64,000 nt of DNA from a bacterium (GCA_041690355.1 JAWLHK010000003.1:173428-237427); one strand, 5' to 3'. Shown: positions 11,972 to 23,398, numbered from the stretch's first letter. The notes: a model not told the origin generated them from the letters alone. Translations and numbers: made by a program.

Positions 11972-14329
11972 ATGCGGGCGCTCAACCACAAACTGGTGCG
12001 CGACCTGTGGACCCTGCGAGGCCAGGCCTTCGCCATCGCGCTCGTCATCGCCGCGGGCATCGCCACGTTCATCATGTCGCTGAGCACGCTGGAGTCGCTG
12101 CGCTACACCCGCGAAACGTTCTATGCGGAATACCGGTTTGCCGAGGTCTTCGCGAACGTGACCCGGGCACCCGAATCCCTCGCCGACGAAATCGCCCGCC
12201 TCGCCGGCGTCGACGACGTGCAGACGCGCATCTCGGGCCAGACCCGCATCGATCTGCCCGACTTTGCCGACCCCGTCATGGGTCTGCTTCTGTCCATTCC
12301 CGACGAGGGGCAGCCCGCACTCAATCAGCTGTACGTGCGCGCGGGACGCCTGCCGCGAAGCGCCGACGAGGTTCTCGTCAGCGACGCCTTTGCCGAGGCG
12401 CACGCGCTCGCCCCCGGCGACATGCTCGACGCCGTCGTGAACGGCCGCAAGGAATCCTTCCGGATCGCCGGTATCGGCCTGGCCCCCGATTACATCTATC
12501 AGCTCGGCGGGGGGGCCACCTTTCCCGATGAGGAACGTTTTGCGCTCCTCTGGACGCCGCGCACCGCGCTTGCGACGGCGCTCGATATGGAAGGCGCGTG
12601 GAACGAAGTCTCGCTGACGCTCGCCGCCGGCGCGCGTGAGCAGGACGTCATCGAGCGGCTCGACCTGCTGCTCGACCGGTACGGCGGCCTCGGCGCGTAC
12701 GGTCGCGAAGACCAGATGTCGAACCGGTTTCTCAACGAAGAGTTCCGCCAGCTCGAGCAGATCGCGGGCATGGTTCCCATCATCTTTCTGGCCGTCGCCG
12801 CCTTTCTGCTCAACGTCGTCATCACGCGGCTCGTGGGCACCGAGCGCGAGCAGATCGCCACGCTCAAGGCCTTCGGCTACTCCAACCGTGAAGTCGGGTA
12901 CCTGTACGCGAAACTGGTCGTTGCCATCGTTCTCTTCGGGATTGCAGGCGGAATCGGGCTCGGCATCTATCTCGGCAAGCTGCTCAGCGACCTTTACATG
13001 GGCTTCTACCGGTTTCCCTATCTCCATTACGTGCTGAGCCCGGCCACGGTCTTCACGGCCGCCGGCATCACGGCCGCCGCGGCCGCCATCGGCACGGTGC
13101 GTGCCGTTCGGCGGGGCGTAACCTTGCCGCCCGCCCAGGCCATGCGGCCCGAGACGCCACCGACGTTCAGGGCGTCACTGCTCGAGCGGCTTGGCATTCA
13201 GCGCTTCATGAGCCAGCCCACGCGCATGATTCTGCGCGACCTCGAGCGGCGCCCCGCCAAGGCGCTGTTCTCCGTCGCCGGCATTGCAGCCGCCTGCGCG
13301 GTCATCATCTTCGGCACCTTCTTCGTCGACGCCATTCGCCGGGCCGTCGACATCGAGTTCCGCTTCGCGCGCAGCGACGACATGACGGTCCTCTTCTCGC
13401 GCCCCGTCTCCCGGAGCGCCCTGTATGAAGCGCAGAGCATCGACGGCGTCGCCTACGCCGAACCTTTCCGCAGCGCGGCCGTCACGCTGCGCCGCGGTAA
13501 CGTCAGCTACCGGACGCAAATTGAAGGATACCGCCCCGGCGCCCGCCTGCGCCGGCTCGTCGACGCCGATTTCCGTGTCGTACCGATTCCCCCGGAAGGC
13601 CTGCTCCTGAACGACTACGTGGCCGGCCTGCTCGGCGTCGAGCCGGGCGACGTCGTCACCGTCGAGGTCATGCAGGGGAGTCAGGCCGTACGCGAATTTC
13701 CCGTGGCCGGCGTCATCGAGCAGTACCTCGGGTCGTCGGGCTACATGGCGCTCGATCAGCTGAACCGTCTCGTCGACGAGGGCGAGGCCCTGAACGGACT
13801 GCTCATGGCCATCGATCCCGGAAAAAGCGCCGCCGTGAATGCGCGCCTCGAAGACATGCCCTGGGTCGCCGGCGTTCAGGATACCGAGGCAGCGCTGCGC
13901 AACTTCAACGAATCGGTCGGCGAACAGATTCTGATTTTCGTCGTCTTCGCGTCGGTGTTCGCCTCGGCCATCGCCTTCGGCGTCATCTACAACAGCGCCC
14001 GCATCGCCCTCGCCGAGCGCAGCCGCGAACTGGCGAGCCTGCGCGTTCTCGGCTACACGCGCGGAGAAATCTCATACATTCTGCTCGGCCAGCTCGCGCT
14101 GCTCACGCTCGTGGCCATCCCCCTCGGGTTTCTGCTCGGGCGCGGGCTCGCCTTTCTGATGATCGACAACACGCAGACCGAGCTGTTTCGCATACCGCTC
14201 TACATCGAGACCGAAACCTATGCGACGGCGGGGGCGATCGTACTCGCTGCCTCGACTCTGTCGGCGCTCTTCGTGCGCAGAAAGCTGGACCATCTTGATC
14301 TCATCGGCGTCCTGAAAACCAGGGAGTGA
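11972..14329 (+). CDS. ABC transporter permease, tandem FtsX/MacB type
   Basis: 785 aa with two FtsX signatures (EREQIATLKAFGYS; ERSRELASLRVLGYT) and two periplasmic domains. Confidence 0.9.
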   Translation: MRALNHKLVRDLWTLRGQAFAIALVIAAGIATFIMSLSTLESLRYTRETFYAEYRFAEVFANVTRAPESLADEIARLAGVDDVQTRISGQTRIDLPDFADPVMGLLLSIPDEGQPALNQLYVRAGRLPRSADEVLVSDAFAEAHALAPGDMLDAVVNGRKESFRIAGIGLAPDYIYQLGGGATFPDEERFALLWTPRTALATALDMEGAWNEVSLTLAAGAREQDVIERLDLLLDRYGGLGAYGREDQMSNRFLNEEFRQLEQIAGMVPIIFLAVAAFLLNVVITRLVGTEREQIATLKAFGYSNREVGYLYAKLVVAIVLFGIAGGIGLGIYLGKLLSDLYMGFYRFPYLHYVLSPATVFTAAGITAAAAAIGTVRAVRRGVTLPPAQAMRPETPPTFRASLLERLGIQRFMSQPTRMILRDLERRPAKALFSVAGIAAACAVIIFGTFFVDAIRRAVDIEFRFARSDDMTVLFSRPVSRSALYEAQSIDGVAYAEPFRSAAVTLRRGNVSYRTQIEGYRPGARLRRLVDADFRVVPIPPEGLLLNDYVAGLLGVEPGDVVTVEVMQGSQAVREFPVAGVIEQYLGSSGYMALDQLNRLVDEGEALNGLLMAIDPGKSAAVNARLEDMPWVAGVQDTEAALRNFNESVGEQILIFVVFASVFASAIAFGVIYNSARIALAERSRELASLRVLGYTRGEISYILLGQLALLTLVAIPLGFLLGRGLAFLMIDNTQTELFRIPLYIETETYATAGAIVLAASTLSALFVRRKLDHLDLIGVLKTRE

Positions 14330-14333
14330 GCAC

Positions 14334-15587
14334 GTGAAACCTGTCACTCGAAGAAGACTGCTCTATCTCGGCGTGGGCTTGCTCGTCCTGGGGGCACTCG
14401 TCTACGGCTTCTGGCCCAAGCCCATACCGGTCGATATCGCGACGGCTACGGTCGGGCCGCTCGTCGTGACGATTGAAGAAGAAGGCCAGACCCGGATCCA
14501 GGAGCGCTACATCATCCGATCGCCAATCATGGGCTATGCCGATCGGGTCACGCTCGATCCCGGCGATTTCGTGCGGCAAGGGCAGACCGTCGTCACGCTC
14601 CGGCCGCCCCGCGCGGGCGTGCTGGATCCGGCCGGCCGCGCACAGACCGAAGCGCAGGTCGAGGCGGCCCGTGCGGCCCTGCGCGGAGAACAGGAGCGCC
14701 TTGTCTCGGCGCGGGCGGCGGCGGCGCTGGCCGAGAGCGAATTGCGGCGCGCCGAGCGGCTCTACGCCCAGGAGATTCTTGCGGAACAGGCCCTGGAGCA
14801 GAACCGGACCGCCGCCGAGCAGGCCCAGGCCGCCGTCGCCGCCGCACAGCAGGCGGTGCGCGCGGCCGAAAAGCAGGTCGAAGCCGCCCGAACGGCCCTC
14901 GATTACGCCGGTCAGGCGCCCTCCGGAAGCGCGCCCCGGGTCGCGCTCGAATCGCCCGTCGACGGCGCCGTTCTCGCCATCGAGCAGAAGAGCGAGGGGC
15001 CCGTGCAGCCGGGCCAGCCTCTGCTCGTCATCGGCGATCCCGGCGATCTCGAAGTGGTCGTCGAGTTGCTGTCCGACGAAGCGGTGCGCATCAAGCCCGG
15101 CATGCCCGTGCGTATCCGGGCCTGGGGCGGCGAAGAGGTTCTGCGCGGCGAGGTGAACCATGTCGAACCGCAGGCGTTCACCAAGATCTCGGCCCTCGGG
15201 GTCGAGGAGCAGCGGGTGCGGGCCATCGTCAGTCTTGCTTCGCCCAGCGAGACCTGGTCGAGCCTCGGCGACAACTTCCGGGTCGTGGCCGACTTCGTTC
15301 TCTGGGCCGACGACGAGGTGCTCCAGATCCCGCGCAACGCCGTTTTTCCCCACCAGGACGGGCACGCGGTTTTTCTCGTCCGTTCGGGGCGCGCCGAGCT
15401 GCATCCGGTGACCGTCGGGATGCAGAACGGCCTGCGCACGCAGATTCTCGACGGGCTGCAACGCGGCGACGAGGTCGTCGCCCATCCCGACGAACGCATC
15501 GAAGACGGCATCCGCGTCGAAAGGCAGCCCGTACGGGAAGATCCGCTCCGGCCCCCCGAACCCGAGGCCGGCGCGGCGTCGTCCTGA
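14334..15587 (+). CDS. Efflux periplasmic adaptor (HlyD/MacA-like membrane fusion protein)
   Basis: N-terminal TM helix, lipoyl halves (IRSPIMG; LESPVDGAV), Ala/Gln coiled coil, TKISALGVEEQRV; GTG start. Confidence 0.9.
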   Translation: MKPVTRRRLLYLGVGLLVLGALVYGFWPKPIPVDIATATVGPLVVTIEEEGQTRIQERYIIRSPIMGYADRVTLDPGDFVRQGQTVVTLRPPRAGVLDPAGRAQTEAQVEAARAALRGEQERLVSARAAAALAESELRRAERLYAQEILAEQALEQNRTAAEQAQAAVAAAQQAVRAAEKQVEAARTALDYAGQAPSGSAPRVALESPVDGAVLAIEQKSEGPVQPGQPLLVIGDPGDLEVVVELLSDEAVRIKPGMPVRIRAWGGEEVLRGEVNHVEPQAFTKISALGVEEQRVRAIVSLASPSETWSSLGDNFRVVADFVLWADDEVLQIPRNAVFPHQDGHAVFLVRSGRAELHPVTVGMQNGLRTQILDGLQRGDEVVAHPDERIEDGIRVERQPVREDPLRPPEPEAGAASS

Positions 15588-15593
15588 ACCCGA

Positions 15594-16388
15594 TCAGGCC
15601 ATGGCGGCGTCGTACACGCGCCGGACTTCATCGGAGCCGTGCTCCTGCTCGAGCCGGCGCAGGCCGAAATGGTAGCGGGCGACCCGGTTGAAATGCGCGG
15701 CGAAGGCCGCATTCACCCACGCGGCAGCCAAAGCGCCCGCGTAGGGGATGAATTTCGCGAGAATCCTTCCGGCGGATTCGAGATTGTAGCGTGCGCCGAG
15801 TTTCTCGGCCGCAGAGGTCAATGCCGGAGCCCCCGAAGCAAGCTCCTGCCACACACGAGGCAATCGTCCGCCGGCCAGCTCCCTGCCCCCTTCGTTCAGG
15901 AGCGCCGTCAGTCCCATGCGTAGCGTGACGTACGGGCTCGGGGCGGGTTCGGCACCCTCCTCTGCGGCCCCGTAGCCGAAGACGGCGAGACACTCGCGCC
16001 GTACGTTCCGATCGCGCAGATCGGCCCCTGTCGCGGCGGCGATGTCGGCAATCGAGCGCAGCAGGATGGCCGTCGAGAGCGGCAGTTCGAGAAGCAGGCC
16101 TGACCAGCCGAACGGCCCCCCTGCCCCGCCCGAGAGCAGCGAGGCGGCGACGTGGGCCCGTGGCCCCGGTTCGGTGCCGGATGCGCGCGCGCGAGGAACG
16201 CCCGCCATGGCCTGCTCGCCGACACTCAGCAAGGCCCGCCGGCTCATCATGCGTACCGAGAGCGGGATGCCGCGCAACAGGCCGCCCGCCTTCTGCGAGA
16301 GGCTTTCGGTCAGGCGTAGAAGCGGCGGCGGCGATTCCAGATAGGCGGCTGCTTCGCGCACGAAGCGGATATCACTTTCGGCCAACAT
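15594..16388 (-). CDS. EcsC-family protein
   Basis: GGAGGPFG..LLLELPLSTAILLRSIADIA and FIPYAGALAAAWVN..F..HF..RYHFGLRRLE patterns. Confidence 0.8.
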   Translation of the reverse strand: MLAESDIRFVREAAAYLESPPPLLRLTESLSQKAGGLLRGIPLSVRMMSRRALLSVGEQAMAGVPRARASGTEPGPRAHVAASLLSGGAGGPFGWSGLLLELPLSTAILLRSIADIAAATGADLRDRNVRRECLAVFGYGAAEEGAEPAPSPYVTLRMGLTALLNEGGRELAGGRLPRVWQELASGAPALTSAAEKLGARYNLESAGRILAKFIPYAGALAAAWVNAAFAAHFNRVARYHFGLRRLEQEHGSDEVRRVYDAAMA

Positions 16389-16498
16389 TGCGCATGCTCC
16401 CTTCGCTCAGTCCATCACCCTGTGCGGTCCCCTGCGACCCTGGGGCCCCGCACACCGAGCGCCCAGCCGGCCTCCCGACGGAGCTCATGCGGTCAGTA

Positions 16499-18343
16499 TC
16501 AGAAGCGATGGTTATGCGGGGGTGGTCCTCCGCGCCGGCGGTGCAGGCGGTTGAGGTGAAAGCCGGTCGCGATCATGCCCACATGGCTGAGCGCCTGCGG
16601 AAAGTTTCCGCGGAACTCGCCGCTCGCCGGATCGATCTCTTCGGGCAGAAGTCCGAGCGGGTTCGCGCGCCGGCAGAGACGCTCAAAGAGGGCCTCGGCC
16701 TCGTCGAGCCGCCCCTGGTAGGCGAGAATGTCGGCCATCCAGAAACTGATCAGCAGAAAGGCCCCTTCTTCGCCGTTGACGCCATCGGGAGACTCCTGCG
16801 GAAGGTAGCGGTAGTAGAGCCCCCCGCCGGCATGCAACCGCTGCCGGATGGCCTCGACGGTGGCGACCATCTTCGGGTGGTCGGGGGGAATCACACGGCG
16901 GATCGGGAGGGCGAGAACCGAGGCGTCGACGGCACGGCCGCCGAAGCTCTGCGTCAGCGCGCCGACCTTCTCGTTCCAAGCTTCATCAAGAATGCTGTTC
17001 CTGATTTTTTCAGCCGCCCGCTCCCAGCCCTCGACGTTTCCGGCGAGCCCGAACTGGCGGGCAAGCCTGGCGGCGCGGTCCACCGCGACCTGACACAGAC
17101 CTGCCGAGTAGGTGAACGTGCCCGCCTTGCACCGCACCTCCCAGATGCTCGCATCGGGCTCACGCCAGACCTCGAGTGCACGATCGGCGTAATGCCGCAG
17201 ATGCGACCACAGTTCGGCATCCAGACCGTCGCCGTGGCGCGCCCACTGGTAGGCGCAATCGATGATCTCGCCATAGACGTCGTGCTGCAGCTGTCCGGCG
17301 GCTCGATTTCCCCAGCGCACGGGACCCACGCCCCGGTATCCGCCGAGTGCCTCTTCGATGACCTCGGGCAGGGGCAGGCTTCCGTCCAGACGATAGACGA
17401 CACGGGGCCCCTTGGTAGCGCGCGCAATATCGAGCACCCAGGCGAGAAAGCCGCGCGCCTCTTCTTCAAGGCCGATCCTGCGGAAGGCGTACACCGAGAA
17501 GGCGGCATCGCGGATCCATGTGTAGCGGTAATCCCAGTTGCGCTCGGCCGCAAGGTGCTCGGGGAGAGACGACGTCGGCGATGCGACGATGGCTCCGCTG
17601 GGCACGTAGTCGAGCAGCTTCAACGTGAGGGCCGACCGCCGCACGGCATCGGGCATCGGGCCCTCGTAGTGGAAGCAGGTGATCCAGCGCTTCCACACGT
17701 CCGCCGTCTGCTCGATCAGCTTGTCGGCCGGAGGCGGCGGGAGCATGCGCCCCCCCTGATTCCACGAGAGCACGAAATCGACCTGTTCGCCTTCGCGAAG
17801 GTCGAAGGCCGCCTGATCCCCGCTCAGCGACCGGTTACACCAGAGGCGCACGACGAACGACCCGTCGCGAATCCACAGCCCGTCGGCATGGCGCTCGACC
17901 CGATGCCGATCCCACGGCCGCAGCGTCATGCGCACGCGTGCACGCCCCGCGAGCACGCGTACCCGCCGCACGAGTTCGCCGCGCGCCGAGTGGACCTCTT
18001 CTGTGAAATTGATGCCCTCGGCGACCGGCATGCAATCGGTAATGCGTACGAGCGCATCGTTGCCGCGAAGCTCGGTATGCAGAACGGCCGTGTCTGCGTC
18101 ATAGTACTGACGCGACTCGGTGCAGCCTTCGAGTGCGAGTTCGAAACGCCCGCCCCGTTCGCGGTCGAGCAGCCCGGCGAGCAGCGGCGCGGATTCGAAG
18201 TTCGGCGCGCACAGCCAGCTCACCGCCCCGTCGCGCCCCACGAGGGCGGCGGTCTCGCCGTCGCCGATCAGGCCGTGGTCTTCGATACGCAGGTAACCAT
18301 CCTTGCGCTCCAGCGGCGCGAATCCGTCGTTGCGAGACTGCAT
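16499..18343 (-). CDS. Glycoside hydrolase family 15 (trehalase/glucoamylase-like)
   Basis: IEDHGLIGD, ASPTSSLPE, RNWDYRYTWIRD, QHDVYGE, IWEVR, GLLPEE, GNFPQALSH; start placed at MQSRND. Confidence 0.92.
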   Translation of the reverse strand: MQSRNDGFAPLERKDGYLRIEDHGLIGDGETAALVGRDGAVSWLCAPNFESAPLLAGLLDRERGGRFELALEGCTESRQYYDADTAVLHTELRGNDALVRITDCMPVAEGINFTEEVHSARGELVRRVRVLAGRARVRMTLRPWDRHRVERHADGLWIRDGSFVVRLWCNRSLSGDQAAFDLREGEQVDFVLSWNQGGRMLPPPPADKLIEQTADVWKRWITCFHYEGPMPDAVRRSALTLKLLDYVPSGAIVASPTSSLPEHLAAERNWDYRYTWIRDAAFSVYAFRRIGLEEEARGFLAWVLDIARATKGPRVVYRLDGSLPLPEVIEEALGGYRGVGPVRWGNRAAGQLQHDVYGEIIDCAYQWARHGDGLDAELWSHLRHYADRALEVWREPDASIWEVRCKAGTFTYSAGLCQVAVDRAARLARQFGLAGNVEGWERAAEKIRNSILDEAWNEKVGALTQSFGGRAVDASVLALPIRRVIPPDHPKMVATVEAIRQRLHAGGGLYYRYLPQESPDGVNGEEGAFLLISFWMADILAYQGRLDEAEALFERLCRRANPLGLLPEEIDPASGEFRGNFPQALSHVGMIATGFHLNRLHRRRGGPPPHNHRF

Positions 18344-18359
18344 TCTTCCAGCATAAACG

Positions 18360-18392
18360 AAAAAAGGCACCGGTCCGCAGGAGACCGGTGCC
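18360..18392 (-). terminator. Rho-independent terminator after ahcY
   Basis: Minus strand GGCACCGGTC-loop-GACCGGTGCC followed by T6. Confidence 0.85.
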
Positions 18393-18442
18393 ATGACTTC
18401 CGCATGCTGAGTTAACGCCGAAGTCCGGCGTCCGACGTCCGC

Positions 18443-19935
<1,493 letters not shown>

Positions 19936-19939
<4 letters not shown>

Positions 19940-20892
19940 CGTTTTCTAGCTCCTTGTTGAACGGCGGTGGCGACAAAGAGCGCGGGGCCCTTTGCCTCGG
20001 CATCGGCCGGCAGCTCCTGCCAGCGGATGCGTACAAATCCTGCGGATCGCAGAAGCTGCTCGATGCGCTCCCGCGAGAAACCGAGCCAGACGTGCCCCAT
20101 CTCCAGGCGAAAGGCCTCGCGCGCGTGGGGGAGCATGTCGACCATCAGCACCTTGCCCCCCGGCCGGGTCACCCGGGCCACCTCGGCCAGAGCGGCCTCG
20201 GGATCGGCGACGTGGTGCAGCACGAGAAACAGCAGCGCAAGATCGAGCGAGGCCCGCCGCAGCGGAAGCTCTTCGAGCCGCCCGGGCCGCACCTCGACGT
20301 TCTCCCATTCGCGCAGCCGGCTGCGGGCCGCCTCGAGCATCTCGGGTGACTCGTCGACGGCCACGATGCGGCGCACGTACGGCGCCAGCAGCAGCGAGGC
20401 CTGACCGGTACCGCACCCGAGGTCGCCGACGACAAGGTCTTCGTCGAGAAGCGCCGGAAGCGCCGCGAGATGAAACCTGCGCCCGAACAGCTCGTCGCGC
20501 ACGCGGTCCCAACCGTCGGCCGCCGAGGCGAAGTAGCGCTGCGTCAAGGTCTGGCGGCTCTCGAGCAGCGAGGCGAGACGGCGCTCGTCTTCAAGGGCCG
20601 CGCCGCTGTCGGCGAGCGAGTCCAGCAGAAGCGCCCAGAGGCGTTCGCGCTCGCTGCCTGCGTCGAGAGGCACCGGCGAGTAGAGCCGGCTCGTGCCGTC
20701 GGGACGCGAACGCACCCAACCGTCGTCGACCAGCACCTTGAGATGGCGGCTGACCGTCGACTGCGGGAGCTGCACGACCGCGCACAGGTCGGCCACCGCG
20801 AGCTCACGTCCGGTAAGCAGGCGCAACAGCCGGCAGCGGGTCGCGTCGGCAAGCGAGGTCAGGTGGCCCAGGATGGGAATCGCGGCGTTCAT
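19936..20892 (-). CDS. sahR: ArsR-HTH / SAM-methyltransferase-fold regulator (SahR type)
   Basis: N-terminal ArsR HTH ([10 protein letters not shown]...[11 protein letters not shown]) plus [12 protein letters not shown] motif; coupled to ahcY by an ATGA overlap; start placed at MNAAIP. Confidence 0.85.
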
Positions 20893-20908
20893 CCGTCTAT
20901 GCGGATAT
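20889..20908 (-). promoter_or_regulatory. Candidate SahR operator overlapping the sahR start codon
   Basis: Minus strand ATATCCGCATAGACGGATGA contains the ATCCG-N6-CGGAT palindrome, immediately downstream of TTTACA-17 nt-AACACT. Confidence 0.7.
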
Positions 20909-21031
20909 AGTGTTCCACACCCGGGCATCAGTGTAAAGGAGGAGTGTCCTCGGGCGCGACGCACTCCAGAAGAAAGGGCGCACCCCGGTCAGGATGCGCC
21001 CTCGATTCCTGTCTGGGTCCTGATGTGCCGG

Positions 21032-21628
21032 CTACCGCACCGGTTCCTGCTCGGGCTGGCTCCGGGGCTGCTGCGGTGACGTATCGGGCGATTGCTCCTG
21101 CGACGGCGGCCTCGTCCCCTGCATCTGAGGCGCGTTTGGCGGAGTTACGCCGCCAGGCGACAGGCCCAGTTCTTTGACCACCTGGGCCGTAACCTTCTCG
21201 TCGGCAATCATGCCGTTATCCGCCTTCCACCGGAGAAATGCCTCGCTGGTCCGGCTGCCGTATATCCCGTCGATTTCTCCTTCATAGTAGCCCCGCTGGG
21301 TGAGCGCTTCCTGGAGCTGGCGAACGGTCGTATCCGACAAATCCGCTGGCGCCAGCGTGCCCGGGCGCTGCTCCTGTTGCCCCTGAGGGACGGCCGTTTT
21401 TGCCGGCGGCTGCGCCTGCGCTTCGGGCTCCGGTTGCCCCGGCGACTGTCCCTGCGGCTGCTCAGCCTGCGGCACGACGGTCTCGGCGGGCTCCCCTGTG
21501 GAATCGGTTTCAAGGCCGCCTTCGGCCTTGCCTCCGTGAGCGTCGGCCGCGGCGACCCCGCCCGTGAAGACGAGCGCAGGGAGCACGGCAGCCAGCCCCC
21601 ACTTCACTCTCCATGCTTTTACGTTCAT
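21032..21628 (-). CDS. Secreted peptidoglycan-binding-domain (PG_binding_1) protein with Gln/Pro-rich flanks
   Basis: Signal peptide; VRQLQEALTQRGYYEGEIDGIYGSRTSEA motif. Confidence 0.82.
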   Translation of the reverse strand: MNVKAWRVKWGLAAVLPALVFTGGVAAADAHGGKAEGGLETDSTGEPAETVVPQAEQPQGQSPGQPEPEAQAQPPAKTAVPQGQQEQRPGTLAPADLSDTTVRQLQEALTQRGYYEGEIDGIYGSRTSEAFLRWKADNGMIADEKVTAQVVKELGLSPGGVTPPNAPQMQGTRPPSQEQSPDTSPQQPRSQPEQEPVR

Positions 21629-21647
21629 CGTTGATCTCCCGTCTGGT

Positions 21648-21682
21648 TCTCCCCGGCCGGAACAAGGTCCCGGCCGGGGAGA
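21648..21682. terminator. Strong intergenic hairpin between the two PG-binding genes
   Basis: TCTCCCCGGCCGG-9 nt-CCGGCCGGGGAGA, 13-bp stem with no U-tract; may be a stabilising or processing stem. Confidence 0.5.
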
Positions 21683-21687
21683 GTCGA

Positions 21688-22377
21688 TTACATCGTCTGT
21701 GGCTCGGGCTGGGCCGCCTCGGGTTGCGGCTCGGGCTGCGGCTGCATCTCGGGCTGCGGCTGCGCTTCAGGCTGAACCTGCTGCGGCTGCTGCCCTTGTG
21801 CTTCGACGCCAAGCGCCGCCAGCGACTGCTGATCCACCTGACCGGTCGCCTGAAGACCCTGCGCCTGCTGGAACTCGCGCAGCGCCCCCTCGGTCTGCTG
21901 ACCGAAGATGCCGTCAACCGGACCCGAGTCGTAGCCCTGCTGATTCAGCGCCTGCTGAATCTGCCGCACGGTCGACGGTCCGACCGTCAGCTGCTCGCCC
22001 TGCTGCGGCTGCTGCTGGGCCTGCTGCTGTTCTTGTTCCTGCGGCTGCTGCGCCTGTTCGAGCTGCTGCTGCGCCTCCTGGGCCTGCTGCTCGGCCTCTT
22101 GGGCCTGCTGCTCGGCCTGCTGGGCCTGCTGCTGAGCCTCCTGCGTCTGCTGCTCGAGCCCCTGCGCCTGCTCGGCCTGCTGACCGGCCTGTTCGGCCTG
22201 CTGCGCCGCTTCCTGGGCCTGCTGTTCGGCTTCCTGCGCCTGCTGCTCTGCCTGCTGCGCCTGGTCGAGCCCCTGCTGCACCTGCTCCTGGGCCGGCTGT
22301 TGGCTCTGTTGCGCGAACGCCGGGGCGCCGATCAGGGCGGCAAGACCCGCCGCGGCGAGTGTCATCTGGAATTTCAT
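21688..22377 (-). CDS. Secreted PG_binding_1 protein with Gln/Ala/Glu heptad repeats and QPE tail
   Basis: Start MKFQMT with AGGAGA RBS; signal peptide ending AFA; VRQIQQALNQQGYDSGPVDGIFGQQTEGALREFQ motif. Confidence 0.85.
   Translation of the reverse strand: MKFQMTLAAAGLAALIGAPAFAQQSQQPAQEQVQQGLDQAQQAEQQAQEAEQQAQEAAQQAEQAGQQAEQAQGLEQQTQEAQQQAQQAEQQAQEAEQQAQEAQQQLEQAQQPQEQEQQQAQQQPQQGEQLTVGPSTVRQIQQALNQQGYDSGPVDGIFGQQTEGALREFQQAQGLQATGQVDQQSLAALGVEAQGQQPQQVQPEAQPQPEMQPQPEPQPEAAQPEPQTM
22010..22295 (-). repeat. Imperfect 21-nt tandem repeats encoding QQAQEAE-like heptads
   Basis: Recurring GGCCTGCTGCTCGGC-type units on the plus strand. Confidence 0.8.
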
Positions 22378-22640
22378 CAGTCGCTCTCCTTGAAGGTTTT
22401 CCGATTGTGACTTGGGTAGACATCCAAGCTGAGAAAATGGGCCACACGTCTTCGCGTGGTTTCTCCAGTTCAAGCCAATACGCGCCAAACGCGAAGTCCG
22501 AACGGTCGCTGGGCGGCGCCAACCCGATCTGCAGCGCCCCGCTCGCACGCCGGCTCGGGTTACGGCACCGCCCCGGTCCAAGATTTTGTCTTGAACCGCA
22601 GCGCCCAACTTGTTAAAGGACTAAATATGCGGTAGACTCT

Positions 22641-22659
22641 CCTCACTTCTGACAAGAGG
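22641..22659. promoter_or_regulatory. Candidate GntR/FadR operator
   Basis: Imperfect palindrome CCTCACTTCTGACAAGAGG between a TAGACT -10-like hexamer and the gntR start. Confidence 0.45.
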
Positions 22660-22663
22660 TCTC

Positions 22664-23398
22664 ATGGCCATGCCGGCACCGCCGCAGAAACAGACTTTCA
22701 ACCGCCTGATCGCAGACGACCTGCGCTCCCGCATTCTCGCCGGCGTCTACCCCGTCGGAAGCCTGCTCCCGACCGAGTCTGCGCTCGCACTGGAATACGC
22801 CACCAACCGCAACACCCTGCGCGAAGCGGTGCGTATCCTCGAGACGCAGGGCTTTCTCACGGCGCGCCAGGGCGAAGGGGTGCGCGTCGTCGACTTTCGA
22901 CGGCACCCGAGTATCGAGCTCATCGGTTATCTGCTCGCCAAGCCGCAACCGACGGCCGACATCGCCGGTATCGTACTCGACCTGCTTGAACTTCGCCGCA
23001 TGCTCGCCTCCCAGATCGTGCGCAGGGCGGCCGGCAATCTCTCCGACGAAACCGTTCTCGAGATCCGCACCCTTCTGCGGGGACTGCTGCCCGGCACACC
23101 CGAAGCAGAACGGACCGAGGGAGATCGGCGCGTTCTCGAACTTCTCGTCCGCAGTACCGGAAGCCTCGTCTATACGGCGCTCTTCAACTCCATCTACCGT
23201 GTCATCGCCGACGGCGCGGCAGCGACCCCCGCGCTGACCATCCTCCCCGACGATTACGTCGCCCAGATGGAGCGTGTCGTCAGGCATCTCGTTGCGGGCA
23301 ACGCCCACGCGGCCGACAAGGCGATGCGCGCACTGTGCGAGGCGTCTGATGCCGTGCTGCTTCGCTCCTACCAGAAATCGATGGAGAAAGAACCGTGA
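22664..23398 (+). CDS. GntR-family (FadR subfamily) transcriptional regulator
   Basis: ILAGVYPVGSLLPTESAL...NRNTLREAVRILETQG..ARQGEG winged HTH. Confidence 0.9.
   Translation: MAMPAPPQKQTFNRLIADDLRSRILAGVYPVGSLLPTESALALEYATNRNTLREAVRILETQGFLTARQGEGVRVVDFRRHPSIELIGYLLAKPQPTADIAGIVLDLLELRRMLASQIVRRAAGNLSDETVLEIRTLLRGLLPGTPEAERTEGDRRVLELLVRSTGSLVYTALFNSIYRVIADGAAATPALTILPDDYVAQMERVVRHLVAGNAHAADKAMRALCEASDAVLLRSYQKSMEKEP

Noticed and set aside
20893-21031. SAM or SAH riboswitch upstream of sahR-ahcY
   Set aside because: No recognisable aptamer consensus; the predicted leader is too short and a protein operator explains regulation
22010-22295. Tandem repeats considered as a CRISPR array
   Set aside because: Degenerate in-frame coding repeats without unique spacers; no cas genes
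21613-22410. Leu-rich 265-aa ORF resembling a membrane or leucine-repeat protein
   Set aside because: Reverse complement of CAG (Gln) repeats of the real minus-strand gene
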